From: Lama glama
Lineage: Eukaryota
Direction: 5' to 3'
DNA length: 64,000 bases
Assembly: GCA_028534125.1 (NCBI GenBank)
Contig: CM052817.1
Span: 63,242,001-63,306,000 of the forward strand
Position 1 is the stretch's first letter. Every line of letters starts with the position of its first letter. The notes beneath the pieces are model-generated. The model saw only the letters and a program-made list of their open reading frames with translations. It had not been told where the DNA came from and made no database searches. Below are positions 12,182 to 26,116 of this stretch, piece by piece. A program made the position numbers and the translations under genes.

Positions 12182-12489
12182 TTTAAAATCATTAATTTAT
12201 ATTGACAGCTCCAGTTCTGATTCAAAACCACAGAGTTCATCTAGCCTTTCCCCTTTCCATATCTGTAATGTCTTTGTCCACAACAGAGAAATCATTCTCA
12301 TTTTGCATTATCTACAATATATTTACTAATTTGTTCAGCTCTACTGAATATGTAAAGTAGTTCCAAATTTCTAAACTATACTCCTGTGAGAAACGAATTT
12401 GTTAATTAGGGTATAGTATTTGTGAACTGTTCTTTTTGTTATTAGCCTTATAGAATCTAATCAAAATGCTGTTTTATAAAATAATTTAC

Positions 12490-12932
12490 TGTATTAGTTT
12501 CCTAGGGCTGCCATAACAAAGTACCAAAAAACAATAGCCTAAAATGACAGATGTATTCTCCCACAGTTCTGGAGGCTGTAAGTCTGAAATCAAGGTAGCT
12601 AAAGGTCCATATTCTCTCTGATGGCTTTAGTGGGGGAGTCCTTCTTTGCTTCTTCTACTTCTACAGCAGTCCTTGGTATTCCTTGGCTGGTAGATGCATC
12701 ACTCTGCTCATATGGCCGTCATCTCTCTGTGTGTCTTCAAATTGTCTTCCTTCTGTGTGTGTATCTGTGTTCAAATTTCCCCTTTTTATGAGAACGTTGG
12801 ATTAGGCTCCACCCTAGTGGCTTCATTTAAACTTGACTGGGTCTGCAAAGACACATTGCCAAATAAGGTCACAGGTACTGGAGGTTAGGATTTCAACATA
12901 TCTTTTTTAGGGGACACCATTCAATTTATTCA
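12490..12932 (-). mobile_element. MLT1B/C-type MaLR LTR
   Basis: tgtattagtttcctagggctgccataacaaagtacc...ccaaataaggtcacaggtactggaggttaggatttcaacatatctttt...gggacacc. Confidence 0.9.
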
Positions 12933-13509
12933 GCATTCTCAAGTACTCACGTGTGATACAGTTAGGTTCATTTGTTACAGTTTACATTCTATTTTGAATT
13001 ATTCTTACAACCTAGTGATATTTTAAACTTGTATCAATAAACTTTCTTCTTTGTGATGTACAGTTGTGTGCATTTTGGCAAATGCATGAAGTTGTTCATC
13101 CACTACCACAGTCATAATTACCGAATAGTTACATCTTCCCCTCAGAGTTTCTTCTGCTGCCCTTTTGTAGCTCCTCTCACCATGCCATTAACAGTTTTTT
13201 GAAGTTTCATTTTCCCTTTTACTCTTTCTTCTGAGATTTTATTTTTTGTTTGATGTTTCTATTTATTTGTTTTAGCCTCTGTCTTTGATATTAAAGGGCT
13301 TCCCAAACTGTGGTGACCTGTGGCTATCTGTTCATATTTGACTTGAGCAGTCAAATGTTGACTAGAATTCTGTCTGCGTGATACTGGATGATGCTAGTAG
13401 ACTGTGGGCTCCAGACTAGGATGATTCTTTGGATCATTCCCTTGAGGGAACACTTGAAGTTAGCATATTTTCTCTTACACTAGTCTCATTTTCTAGAGAA
13501 AGTATTTCT

Positions 13510-14099
13510 TTTTTAAAAAATTTAAATTTAAAAATGTTTTTGTTGAATGAAAGCTTTTAAATTCTATAGCTTTACAATTTCCAAAAGTTTTACACACGTG
13601 ATTTTAGATAATTCTGCAATAACCCTTTTTTCCCCTACCTCTTTTTATCTCTTCCCCCTTCTCTCTCCCACTGGTAACCACTAGTTTATTCTCTGTATAT
13701 CTGTGAGTCTGCTTCTTTTTTTTCCCCACTAGTTTGTTGTAATTTTTAGATTCAATGTGTAAGTAATATCATATAGTATTTGTCATTCTTTGTCTGACTT
13801 ATTTCACTTAGCATAATGCTCTCTAAGTCCATCCATGTTGTTGCAAATGGCAAAATTTCATTCTTTTTATGGCTTAGTAGTACTCCATTGTATATGTATA
13901 CCACATCTTCCTTATCCATTCATTTGTTGCTGGACATTTAGGTTGATTCCATATTTAAACTATAGTAAATAATGCTGTTATGAACATTGGGATACATGTA
14001 ACTTTTCAAATTAGTTTTTCACAAGGGTTCCCTTTTTTCCACATCCTTCCCAACATGTTGTTTGTGCTCTTTTTGATGATTGCCATTCTGAAAGGTGTG
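13510..14099 (-). mobile_element. 5'-truncated L1 3' end (L1MA/cetartiodactyl type) with degraded TSD
   Basis: tgacttatttcacttagcataatgctctctaagtccatccatgttgttgcaaatggc; TSD gagaaag(t/c)a(t/c)ttct at 13496-13509 and 14100-14113. Confidence 0.85.
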
Positions 14100-14319
14100 G
14101 AGAAAGCACTTCTAAATTCATGGTAAGAAGGCCTGGTCCTATCTGTACCCCCACAATTCCTGGAGTCTGGCAGAGATGAATGTGTAAAAGATCACAGACA
14201 CAGTATATTGCTCTTAACTTTATTCCCAAATTTTCAGAATGATAATCTCACTCTCAGCTGTGCCTGGTATGCTCCCAGACGAGAGACTTTCAGCATGATT
14301 CTCTTTAGATAGTGAATAT

Positions 14320-14774
14320 TGTCATGAGTTGAATTGAGTCCTCAAAATTCGTATGTTGAAATCCTAACACCCAGTACCTCAGAATGTGACCTTATTTGGA
14401 GACAGCATCTTTACAGAGGTAATTAACTTAAAATGAGGTCATTAGGTTGAATCCTAATCCAGTGTGACTGATGTTAAAAAAGGGGAAATTTGGACACACA
14501 GATGTGCACAAAGAAAAACAATGTGAAGGCACAGGGAAAATACCAGTGAAGATGAAGGCAGAGATTGGGGTGATATATCTATACATCAAGGAACACCAAA
14601 GGTTGCCAGCAAACCACTAGAAGTTAGGAGAGCTACCTCCCTCAATAGCCCTCTGAAAGATCTGACCCTGCACACTCTGATCTTAAACTTCTAGCCTCCA
14701 GAACTGTGAGACAGTATATTTCTATTGATTGAGTCACTCGGTGTGTGGTATTTTGTCATGACAAGACAAATACA
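14320..14774 (+). mobile_element. MLT1B/C-type MaLR LTR
   Basis: tgtcatgagttgaattgagtcctcaaaattcgtatgttgaaatcctaacacccagtacctcagaatgtgaccttatttggagac...tagcctccagaactgtgaga...aataca. Confidence 0.9.
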
Positions 14775-15119
14775 GTACCTAAGAGTGACTAGCAGGTAGG
14801 GGTCATTCAACTGCCATTATGCAGTGCCTCAACAACATTCTCACAGGAACAGAAGAAATAAATAAAGAGATGTAATATATTCTCATGTAAATAAAGGAAC
14901 AGAGTAGTATATTCAGTGTTGCAATAGAAGTTTTATAGCAATTTTAAGGGATAGAATTTAAAATGTCCTCTAGTTTCCCAGAGGATAAGAATCTGAGATC
15001 GATCAGGGATATTTGGAAGGGACTCATGATATAGGAATTCAGCTGTTCATCCATTTGACAAGAAAGACCCTTGGTGACAAAAAAGAATGAAAAATTTTTG
15101 GTATTGGAATTAGGGTTAA

Positions 15120-15240
15120 GTAAGTCATTCATCATTTATTGAGTATCCATCATATGTTGAAGCATTTTGCTAGGGGCAGAGGGCACAAGAATAAACAACA
15201 ACTGGCTTTCCTGTTCAAGAACTAACAATATATTTGGGAC
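15120..15240 (-). mobile_element. L2 3' end fragment
   Basis: cattcatcatttattgagtatccatcatatgttgaagcattttgctagggg. Confidence 0.6.
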
Positions 15241-16922
15241 GATATCTTTAAAATGTCATAAAAAATATCTGTCAACGGATTACGAAGTGGAAATGATTGA
15301 AAATAAGTAACGTAATTACAGGTACGATGAGAATTCAAATGCAGCAGGAAACTGTGTGTGTGTGTGTACTGTTTCCAGTTGTCAACATGAATTTGTTCTG
15401 AGCCATTAAAACACTTTCAGGAACTCCTTACATCTTTTTTGGATAGAGTAACTTTGTTGTATGGGCTAAACCATGATTATATTCCATATGCAGTCTTATA
15501 TCCTTACTTTATCATTTAACATTACATATTGTAAAAATTTTTGAATTATCTTTAAGTAATACTTTTTTAAGAAGAAAATTTGCAAAAGATTCAATGACAT
15601 TTTGAGTTTAATTTGGGAAAAAAAACACTTTTGGAGTGAAGGTCTAGTTTTCCATAATTTGCCTTATTCTTGAAATTTAAGCCATTTGGGTAACATTTAC
15701 ACATTTAAAGTATTTTCTCTTGGCCAATGTTTATAGCATTTCATGTTTTCAGTTATCAAAGTAAGAAGATTCTCATTTATCTGCATTGTTTATAAGGCAT
15801 CCACTGAATACCAGAAAATATACTGACTTAAACATTATAGTAATAACTAACAGAGTTATGGACTAACAGCTACTGTTAACCAACATTCTCACTATTCCTT
15901 ATAAGCTTTGGTAATGATCCTTGCACACACTTGAGTGTACATCGCTCAGCTTTGAGAGGTACATTAACTCTTTCAAGTCCCAGGAGCACCATTTAGTAAA
16001 TGACTTCTTTAGTGCTCTAAATGTACCTTAGTGCCCTGAAAGAGCCACATTAATCTTCAGAACATCCCATGAGTACGTAGGTCAGGAAATGGAATTTTCT
16101 TGATTTTCTCAGCTCAGAACATTATGAAGCTTACATAATTTCACAGGTGAGTCTCATTGGATTCTAGTTTCCTAAGTTCTTAAGTATCACCCAAATTCAA
16201 CACCTAGAAAAAGAGAGAATTATTCACACAGAAGACTTTTTCAATTGAATTCCTGGAGTAACTGGAAAGAGAAACCCTAACTTAACCAATGTAATTGCAT
16301 CATCAGAATCATTCTAAGTAACTTACTATAGAAACAGCATACAAACCATTCAGTGAAAATGCAGATATAAAAATAATAGAAAATTCAAAGGCCAAAATCA
16401 GCTTTATACTTACAACTGAAATTTACTGATTATTGGACCAAAGAATACTCTATGACTTAAAACCCAAAGGAAAAAAAAATCTGTTTAATTTCATCAATTT
16501 CAGTTTATAGAACATAAGGTAATTTCCTGTAAGTTTCTAGGTTAAAAGTGAAGTATAATCAATATCAGAAATTTATAGACTACTGTATTTAAAAATGTGT
16601 TTTTTCCTTTCAGTTTTTCTGTTTACTTGTTACCAAATTTGTCACCATGGAAAAATATATTTCTTAGATTTAGATTGCTACTTTTTATTCCTCTTCTGAT
16701 TTTAACCACCTAACTAATAGGCAAAATAAAAGAAATTCTTACGCTTTTTCATATTAATATTGCCTACTTTTTAATTTAGTCAGATTGGGGGAGTCTAACC
16801 TTCCCAAACATTGCACTTCTAGGAGGAGTGAAAACACAGGTCTTCAAGTAATGCCGTCTTTGGAATGAGAAAGTGCATATAAAATCCTTAGCCTAATTAT
16901 TGGCATATAATTAAAGTTAAAT

Positions 16923-17457
16923 TGTCACCCATAAAGGTAAAGACCTAGATTCTTGTCATACCCGAAAGATAAGCTTACAGTCAGGAGATGGTGCATTGTG
17001 TAGTGAAAGAGTTTAAAAGATTTATCTAAAAAAGGAAATGTTACAACCTGCAAGAACAAGAGGTTGTCTGATCCAAGGGAGGAAGAGCAGAGGGTTTTGT
17101 CTCCCCTTTCTCTTATACCCTCGCTTAGAGGTGGTCTCTTTCTTGATTGATGGCTCTTGTCCCAGGAATGCTTAGTCATGTTTGTCCCCTTTGCACATGG
17201 TGTATACAGAAAAACCCATAGTGGGGCCTAAATTGAAATGTTAATTATAATACAATGAATGTTGGGTTGTGTCCAATTAAGTCCTTTCTGCTACTGTGCA
17301 GTCGTGGCTGTCGGGTTCTAACTTGTTTCTTGCTGGCACTCTTTTAGAAGAAGTAAAGTCCTTTTATGCTGCAGGCGGGCATAACACCATCTCCCGGACC
17401 ATCCTCTCTCCTCTCCACCTTTCTGCCCAGTGCCCCCACTTATCTAACTACCTAACA
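16923..17457 (-). mobile_element. Solo ERV LTR
   Basis: TG...CA termini (tgtcaccc...acctaaca), higher GC than the flanks, near-TSD aaat/caat. Confidence 0.7.
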
Positions 17458-18329
17458 CAATAATGTCAGCTAAAATTTTTTAAAGTAAAAAAAAAAAAAA
17501 TCGGAATGCATTCCAATCATTTAAAACTCTTATTGTTTCTGAAAACATTCATAATTATCAGTAAGTTTAACTTTTTTGAGTCAAAGAGAACTAAACAGGA
17601 AACCCAACAAGCTTTCTTAGCAGAATGCCTAAGAGAAAAAAAATGCAAAGAGTAGTGGTGGGCCCTGAAAATCCAACCTTGCTGTGAGGATAGCTTCTGA
17701 AGAAGGGAAGGGGAAGTGGTCTTCAGGTCCTATTGCAATGTACAGAGAATAGCAAATTCAGGTTAATCCCAGTCCAGTGCCCACAGTCTGATGGGAGAGA
17801 AGTTGCATAGACTACAGAAGTCTCCAGAAAGTCCCAGGGACTCAACACGGGTTAGGCAGCAGGGTGGTTGCAGACTATCTTTCCACTGTTGAAAGAACCA
17901 CAGCTCTCTGTAGGGGTTAGAGGACCAGATCCAGCACCTAGTAACCAGGGATATTTAGGAGTTAGTGTGTCAAGCAAAAATTAAGGCTGAAGAAGTCTTC
18001 ATTTCTTTTACAGAAAACCTGGAATGCAATGAGTATATTGATACAGATGCCCATTCAGAGAAACAAGTAAAATGCATTGTGATGGGAGACAGGGAGAAGA
18101 ACTTTACTCAGTGGGCACAGAAATTCCAGAATAGGAGGTTATAAAACTAGTGCTGTTGCTGATGGGTATGCAGCCAGTATGGCTCCTGCTCACCTGCACA
18201 TATTCACATCTTGGTTAAGTAAGCTGAGACTTTAAAAAGTCAACCTAAAGAGTATTTTACTTAGGGGATTGTTTCCAAAACTCTCTTATTGATGTAGTAT
18301 TCCTAATAGTACCTTGTGATAATAAATGT

Positions 18330-18505
18330 ACTGTGTGGTAGCTATTCTACATATATTATTTTAATCCTTATGGTAACTCTGCAAGGTAGTATGATTATCC
18401 CCATGACCCAAGAAAAACCTGAAGTTCAGAGACATTTAGAAGTCAGTATGTCATAGAGCTGGGATTATTCATCAGTATGTCTAGCTCCGAAGGATTTCTA
18501 TCATA
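18330..18505 (-). mobile_element. MIR fragment
   Basis: ttaatccttatggtaactctgcaaggtagtatgattatcccc...agagctgggattattc. Confidence 0.6.
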
Positions 18506-18519
18506 CTGCTTTTTATAAT

Positions 18520-18985
18520 AGGGTTTTGTAATAATTAGGAAGATGATATTGTGCAAACTGTGAAGGAGTTTTATTAGATAACATGCTTGAATGACCAGAG
18601 ATAGGGCAGAGTTGTCTCATTGTGATGGAGGGTTGAACTCTGCTGTTCTGTGGGTCAGCTGCCTGCTTCAACCTCCCTCCACTCAGCTGAAGCAGGGCCA
18701 CATGTCACATCTGAGTACCATACCATTGGGGGAATAATTCCCCCAACCAGAGAATAAAAACCCTGCATTTCATGCTGGTTGGACCAACTTAGTTCAAGTG
18801 CCCTGGACAGTCATTGAGGTGGGGGGGTTGTGATTTATGCTGAATGGATAAAACCACCTAGTGTTCCTTTCCTGCTGTCAGTGGTGGGATCAACCGATGG
18901 GAAAGAAATGATTGCTTCCTAGTGGTGAAGAAAAGGAATAGATGCTTTGCATTGATGGAAGGTGGAACCAATAATTTCCACTACA
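18520..18985 (-). mobile_element. Old MLT1 (J/K/L-like) LTR
   Basis: tcatgctggttggaccaacttagttcaagtgccc...tgtgatttatgctgaatgg...ttccactaca. Confidence 0.5.
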
Positions 18986-19174
18986 GTTTTTAGTAAATAT
19001 GAAATGAACACATAGGAAAAATGACTATTTTTAAATCTTTCTGTCAGGTAACTATTTTTATTCTAGTAAATGCTTTTTTTTATTTTTAGGTTGCTAACTC
19101 TATCCCCATTATTTATTAAGTAGCCATGTGCCATAAATCAATAAAAAAATAAATCAGCATAATGGCAAAGGTTA

Positions 19175-19320
19175 AATGATTGCAGTTTAATTTCATAAAA
19201 TTTGATGGAGGCAGAGATTCTAAATTCATGGAGTACAAAAATAATGAAGATTGAAAACATTACAGTTATGGGAAATGTTTTGGTGATGGGTCCCTGAAAA
19301 AACAATTTGAAGATTATTGT
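19175..19320. mobile_element. MER103-like hAT element
   Basis: aaataatgaagattgaaaacattacagttatgggaaatg...gggtccctgaaaaaacaatttgaaga. Confidence 0.5.
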
Positions 19321-19959
19321 ATAAACTAAAACTAAACTAATATTGTTTTCATGAGTTAGTGGAATGAGCTTTGTGGACAGTATTCTGGTTACTCATCTTA
19401 CACAGGGATGATCGCCTTAATAGAGTCATTATTGATCATGCTAAATTGAGACAGAGCTGCTCACAGCAGGCAGCTCTAATAAACAAGCAGCCTATTTGAA
19501 CGCGTAAGAAGAACGAACAAAATGCTATCATTATGGATCATTTATCCCTTCACAAAATACAGAAAACATGCTCAGGGAAACCATGAAGCAGTCACATATG
19601 AACAGCAAAAGGAATAATATGATAATGAAGTACTGCTCAATACAAGAAGAGAATGGGCTGAAATAAACTAGTTTCCTTGGCCTGATGCTACCCTACAGAA
19701 GTACAAGCTCCTTGAAGAGTTATCTCTTCTCCTTGTCTTGTAAAACCTGCTAGACCTTAATATACTTTCAGGCACATAGGCTGAACTCAATAAATACTTG
19801 TGGGACTTATAAAGAGTGTGATGATAAGCGCTAGTGAGACCAATATTAAAAATAGCCACCATTCTCAGAGATTCCTTAGTGACTGGAGTCTTTATCCTTA
19901 AGCAGATAATACTTATTATATTCAAAGTGTCTGGTATTCCAATTCTGATATTTTCTCTC

Positions 19960-21100
19960 CTTAAGTTCCGTAAAGGATTTCTACTTGTATCACCAGCAGC
20001 AAATCTTTTACTATTTCGTAAATAAAATAGAAGCCATCAGTGGGGAAAGTACCTCGCCACCTGCTTCTCCAGTTTTCATCTATCCCTGTACATCCATGTT
20101 GCCAGCTCCTAAGGTTCACACTTTCACCTATATACTTTGCCCCATCTTGAATTGCCCCATCAATTTTCTCTGGTCTTTTCCAGGTAGTCTAGCTCCACTT
20201 CTCTTCTACCCTTCACAATAGAAATGTACTCAAGTTTCCCTCCTTCCTTACTTATTTTATTTAAATGAACAAATGTACTTTTTTTCTGAACTGTCATTAT
20301 CCTTCAAGCTGAGACAGACTGTTTATTTCTCTCCTTCTCTTAGTGATCAGATTATTTAAAAGATATTGCCCACACTTGCTTTCCCAGTCTCCCCAGTTTC
20401 TCATCACCTAAGTCAATTGCAAATTGCAAATTGACTTCCATCTCTACAATTCTGATAAAATTACCCTCAACAGACATCACAGAAGATCCTTATTTTCAAA
20501 TACAGTTGGACTGTTTCAAACTCTTTGATATGTCTAAAGCATTATTTCTGTTGTCAACCATCAAATTCTTTTCTTTAATGCTCTTTTATTCTTTTACTTT
20601 TCTCTTAGTTTTGTGTACACATAGACCATATGGCTTCTATTTATCTGTGACCTTTGATAGCAGGGCCAACTTACTTTCAGTATACGTGCTAGCCAAAGTG
20701 TACTCACCCTCAACATCTAATCCTTGATTGATTGTCCTTGATAAAACTCTTTCCTGATAGCTAATTTTTTAATGATTTTAAACATAGATTTTATAAAAAT
20801 TCTTATCACTTACTGCTGCATGCCTTTCTTTAATCCCATTTATTTTCTAATGTATCTCATTTTTCTTCCTGGATTGCCATTCTTTTCTTTATCTTTCTAG
20901 AAACATGCTAACTCCCCATTCCTCTCTCACTCTTTCTCTGTGCCTCTTCTTAGTTGAAGCCTTTCTCAAGCCTCATGGATTATTACAGTGACTTCTTAAC
21001 ACTCAACCCTCCAATCTATCCTCTCTATTATTGTTCGCTGGTATGCCAACAAAGAAAAGATCCAACATTCCAATATTTTTATTTGTCCTCTACTGCATAG
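19960..21100 (+). mobile_element. L2 LINE fragments
   Basis: C/T-rich L2 body phrases (aaataaaatagaagccatcagtggggaa; tttgatatgtctaaagcatt; tggattattacagtgacttcttaac). Confidence 0.55.
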
Positions 21101-24100
21101 AAAAATGGTGTACTTATGGAGATGCACAAACCCTTAAGTGGACACAAAACAGTGCACATGACTTATAAGAACAGAACGCCAGGTGTGTGTTCTATGCATA
21201 GAGCTGTCCTGAGAAAATATCTGTTAATTGGAAGAATGCAAGAATTCCCTTGTCAAAGTATGTAGTTAAAATGTGCAGTACGTATGATACATTCTTTCAC
21301 ATATTCTCCAAGCTTTTACTGCAAATACATGTTGCAAAAAGTATAGCATTTAAATTGCAATCTGTTGTGTACTTTCTGTTATACTGCTCTGAATAAATAT
21401 CTGAAATGCCTCAAGTGCTGAATGCCAGAGATGATTGAAATCCCTCTGAGCCATAAATTTAAAATGTGTTCTCTGTGATGGTGAAGATTTTGCATTATGC
21501 AAAAGATATGATTGGATACTCTATCCCAAAAGAAAGAATAAATATTACAGAACACTCTATACCTAATTCCTCTCTTTTAGAAAGTAGAAATACACTGTAC
21601 CAATGTACATAAAAGTAGAAAATAAAATATAAAATGATACAAGTCAATATCTATTTTGTTTTCTCTGATTCAAGTAGTCCCTAATTTAAACATACAGACT
21701 AGCAGCTGAATTTTCATTGTTGTTACTGTTAGATTTAGTCTCAGAGAAGGAATCTCAGAGACGGAATACGAATTTCAGTCTGTTGAGTGAGGAATTAGGT
21801 CCTTTGAAATTTTGGAAAGTCTGCCAAACCTCAAAGACTCTGACCTTCTGCTACCACTTCCAAACCATAGCCAAGTCATTTGTCAGCAGAGTTTTTCAAG
21901 CAGAGTTAGCCAGATAGATGAGTAGATATTACCCTGTTGCTAAAAAACCTCTAATTTCAGGGGCACTGAATAAGCTAACAATTTCCCAAATATTCCCCAA
22001 GCAAACTACAGAGCTGCAAGCATTTTAAAAATTTATACTTATTCTTTAAAAAAAAATTAGTCGGGGGAATCCATATTTTATATAGGTAAGTCATTTTTCA
22101 CCTAGGAATTATAATTTACTGGGTAGTTTAATCATCAAGAATTGGTTTACCTGATTTAATTACTACATATAATCACCTATAATCAGAGTCCTAAAAAACA
22201 TATGTTGACTAAAAGGAGATAAATCAGATGCAAGCATTAACTTGTCCTGGTCACTGGTACAGAAGCGGGTGCTAGGATGACTGTGTGGGGTATAAACTGG
22301 TAATGAGGAAGCAGGCAATGAAAGAGCAATGGGAAGAAGCTGACTACATTTTTTTAACTTCATAATTTTGCCTAGAATCAGCTCAATTGCCAGGTAAAGA
22401 AAACTCTTGTGGGTTTTTTGTTTTTCTTTTTCTTTTTCTTTTTTTTTTTGGATTAGAAGTAATGTTTAAAATCATCCATTTCTAGAAACACTGTCAATCA
22501 AATGGAATGATGACTGACATGTTTGCTCCATTGGCAGACGGTTTGAATGTTGATTTTGTTAGTGTATAAGCTGTTTGGCTTGGGTGTCTGCATACCGCTT
22601 TCTGAAGGTGACTAAAAATCTCTACACCTGCCAAATCTCATATTTAACATTCAACAGTTGGTGGTGCTGGCAGGAATATCATTCAGAGATAAAAATCTCT
22701 ATTACTCATGCCATTTTAGGTGGACTGTTATCAAAAGCTAAGCAAATGGCAACCTGGATTCATTCAAACTTAAATTCAAGGTTCTGATTTTGGCCTTTGA
22801 GTCTGCTAAGACACTTAATCTAATACTCGGCACTTAATCAGCTCCATAAAAGCATCACAGTAGCATGAATAGATAATCTAAGAGCATAAGAAACAACTGG
22901 CATTTACCATGTTTTAATTACCACAATGAGCTGCAAATGCAGAACCACTGTCCTCGAAAAATTTGGGGAGTTTTTGTTTCATCGTATTAATCTTTCTAAT
23001 ATGATACAATAAACTTTTCTATATTTTCCAGTTTCTAAATTGGATCATAGTTGGGCTGTGTATTTTGTTCAGATCATATATTTAGAGGTCTGATTTCAAA
23101 GAAGCAGGCAAAAGTGCCTTGTAAAAATGTCATATTGGTCATACCGTGTCTTCATAGATGCTATGATAGACCATTGATTAAAATGTGATAGCCTTTTTTT
23201 TTAAGTAAAGAAGGAATCAAAAATCACCAATTAAAAATAGATATGATTTTAGTACAAACATATACCTTGTACTCTTAAATGCGTAATACTTACACAAAAA
23301 CTATAACATCTCATGATGTTTTTGTCTTATCAGAGAATAATGTTCAATATAATAATAGCAACTGCTTCAGCTATTAATATCTTCTATGTGCCGGGCACTG
23401 TGCCGAGGGCTAGGGATAAAACAGTCAAAAAGAAAATATTCTCTGTTTTGGTGAAGTTTACAATCTAAACATTAATTTTATAAAACCTGTATATGATGTT
23501 GCAGAGCAACCATTCTTTACCATAGCTGATTCTGCAATCTTAACTATATTGCCATGCTAAACAAATAAAATGTCTCAACATTGAATTTCATTTTTTAAGA
23601 ATTTTATTTTTAAAATATATTTTGAAATTACTGGGTATAAATGAATTTAAATTTTAAGGTTCTAAAATTCCAGGTTAGTCCACTACCTAATTACTGCCAA
23701 AATAGAGGTGCTAATCAACCCCACTAAAAATAACCTCATTATTTTTGCTAGATACAAAGCAACATTTATTTGACTTACAATTTTAGACTCATTTTGACTC
23801 ATCTATTTACTTCTGTATATGATTTGCCATCAATTTATTCTGCAGGACATGCCCGGAAATTACAAAGCTCAAGGTTAAATGGCCTGTAGAGGCCTAACTG
23901 GGTTTCATAATTGCTCTGAGTATTTAAATAAACACAGTATACTTTTTTTTCAGGCTGAAATTACTGTGGCCAGATTCAAGGGGCCTTTTTATCCATGAGT
24001 TAAAGCAGACCCCAAACTGCCCCCTGAGGAAATTTTGGACCAACTCCTCCCAACAGGCCTTTTCTAAGTAGAAATGGGGTAGCTGTTATTCCTTCTTCTT

Positions 24101-26116
24101 CCAGGGTCCCTCCTCCTTCCTTAGAAATACTGGTCTGCTCCCAGACCACAGAACAATAAAGTGTACAGCTCTGCTCTTTATCAATAACACAAATCAGTTG
24201 CACTCCCAGCACTTGTTAGGGAGTCCAACTACAAATTATTGCTGCCTAGTCCCCATCAAAACTTCAATTAAGAGAATAATATCTGTGGAAATTTTCCTGA
24301 AGTGTAATTCAGTCCACACAGAGGAACCTTTAAAACCAACCCATGGATTAAGCCTGACGAACAAAACAATGCATGCCTCAACAGCCAAACGCTGTCCCCT
24401 GTCCCCAGCAGAAATACTTCTGGTCAATTGTGCTTTCATCTTGGCATTATGCCCTAGGCCTGCACTGCAGGACTCTGTAACAAGCAGTCCCATAAAACTC
24501 CTTGATGTAGTTACTACAACAGTTTCTTGAGGACACTGTTCACTCTGTCACACTGTCCTTTTTATGAAGACTCAAAGGAGAAATTTTTCTCTGGACTCAG
24601 TGCCAGGAATAATTGTGCTTCTTCCAGGCAACAGGTAAGTTTCTTCTTTATGGGCACTGCACAACTTGTTTCCTCTGATGTCCTCTTTTCTTTGACTGCT
24701 TCAAAACTCAGGAGTCAGGTGTGTGGCCCACCTCAAGCAAGTCTACATGTTTTTATGGTGTCTTGAATTTATCTCATGTTTCCTTCTTTTGCTTTCCTTC
24801 TCCCCCATTACTTTTTTTTTTACTTCAATTTATCTAAATGTATGAAAGCTGCCATAAATCTTGCTCTGGAACAAGATGTGATAAATAAGTAAGATTAATA
24901 ATGTGAGATAATAAACAGCATATATTTTCCATTTTCCTATATGAGTCCCTCTATTTGACTGAGAGACAATGAGCCAACTTTTGCCCCAGGGGCAGTTGTC
25001 AGAAATAGACTGGGGAAAAAAGCAAAAGCAAACAAAAACCCCCCTCATTTTTAGCTTCTAATTGTAAAAAGATTCACTGATGTAAAGAAAAAAATTGAAT
25101 CTGTGGAATGTACATAAAAATGATATTTTTCTTCCAATTATAAGACCACATAAAGAATTCTCAGAGTTAAGAGGGGCAGAAGAGAAAAGAAAAGAAACTA
25201 GACTAAGAGGCAGTGTAGGGACCAGGTCTCTACTCACATTCTCAGCTAGTGTAGACTAGCACCTTTCCTGCCCTGGCTGGGATTCTGGTACTCAGTAGCC
25301 TCACAGAAGTGGTGAAGAGGGTCTTACAGAGCAGTAAGAGTAACCACTGACACATGAGTAGTTGTAGCCCTCAGAAAGGCATAGATGAATAGCAGCCAGG
25401 TCCAGGAAGACGTGGCTGGAGATACAGAGGCTGGGCATCAAGGGTCAGTGTTGTGGCTGGGGTTATCACAACAGAACTGGCAGAACATAGGCCAAGGAGG
25501 TGTCATACTAGGGTGGTCTCTATCAGGACAGAAAGACCCATGTGGACCTCAGGTGAGGGTGAGACAGGATCACCCCTCTCCAGCTAGTCTGCTGGAGGCA
25601 GTTAGGTTCCCTGGAGTTTAGAAATGAAAGCAGGATGAGAATCACCAAGAGGACCCTGAGAACAGTGAACTAAAATGAGACTGGGTTAAACTACAAATGG
25701 GTGAAAAATACTTATGCTGACAAAGACAGACCCATGAAGAACCTAGGTTAATTTGTTGTTAAGCAGGTTGGTACCTCGGTGTAAGGAAATTATAAAGAGG
25801 GATATTTGAAAGTTACATTTTTTCAATTTGTGACCAAAATATGTGTCTGTTAAACAAATAAATAATACTATATATGAGTGTTCACATAAGTCTGTAATTT
25901 AGATTTTCTTCCTGCCCCTCTTTTAATTTTTTTAACATTTTTATTGATTTATAATCATTTTACAATGTTGTGTCAAATTCCAGTGTTCAGCACAACTTTT
26001 CAGTCATTCATGGACATATACACACTCATTGTGACATTTTTTTCTCTGTGATTTATCATAACATTTTGTGTATATTTCCCTGTGCTATACAGTGTGATCT
26101 TGTTTATCTATTCTAC

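Larger units (their letters stand above)
9616..13190 (-). mobile_element. L1MC/L1MD-type 3' region, split by an ERV LTR and an MLT1
   Basis: T-tail then agatttacaaaaaagttgc...gatcaaaactaagaaattaacc...ctacagact; continues at 12182-12489 and 12933-13190. Confidence 0.7.

Noticed and set aside
17600..18230. Purine/GC-richer block, with a similar one at ~25210-25750
   Set aside because: Probably ancient LTR remnants, but I could not find termini, a TSD, a family or coding similarity, so neither is called.
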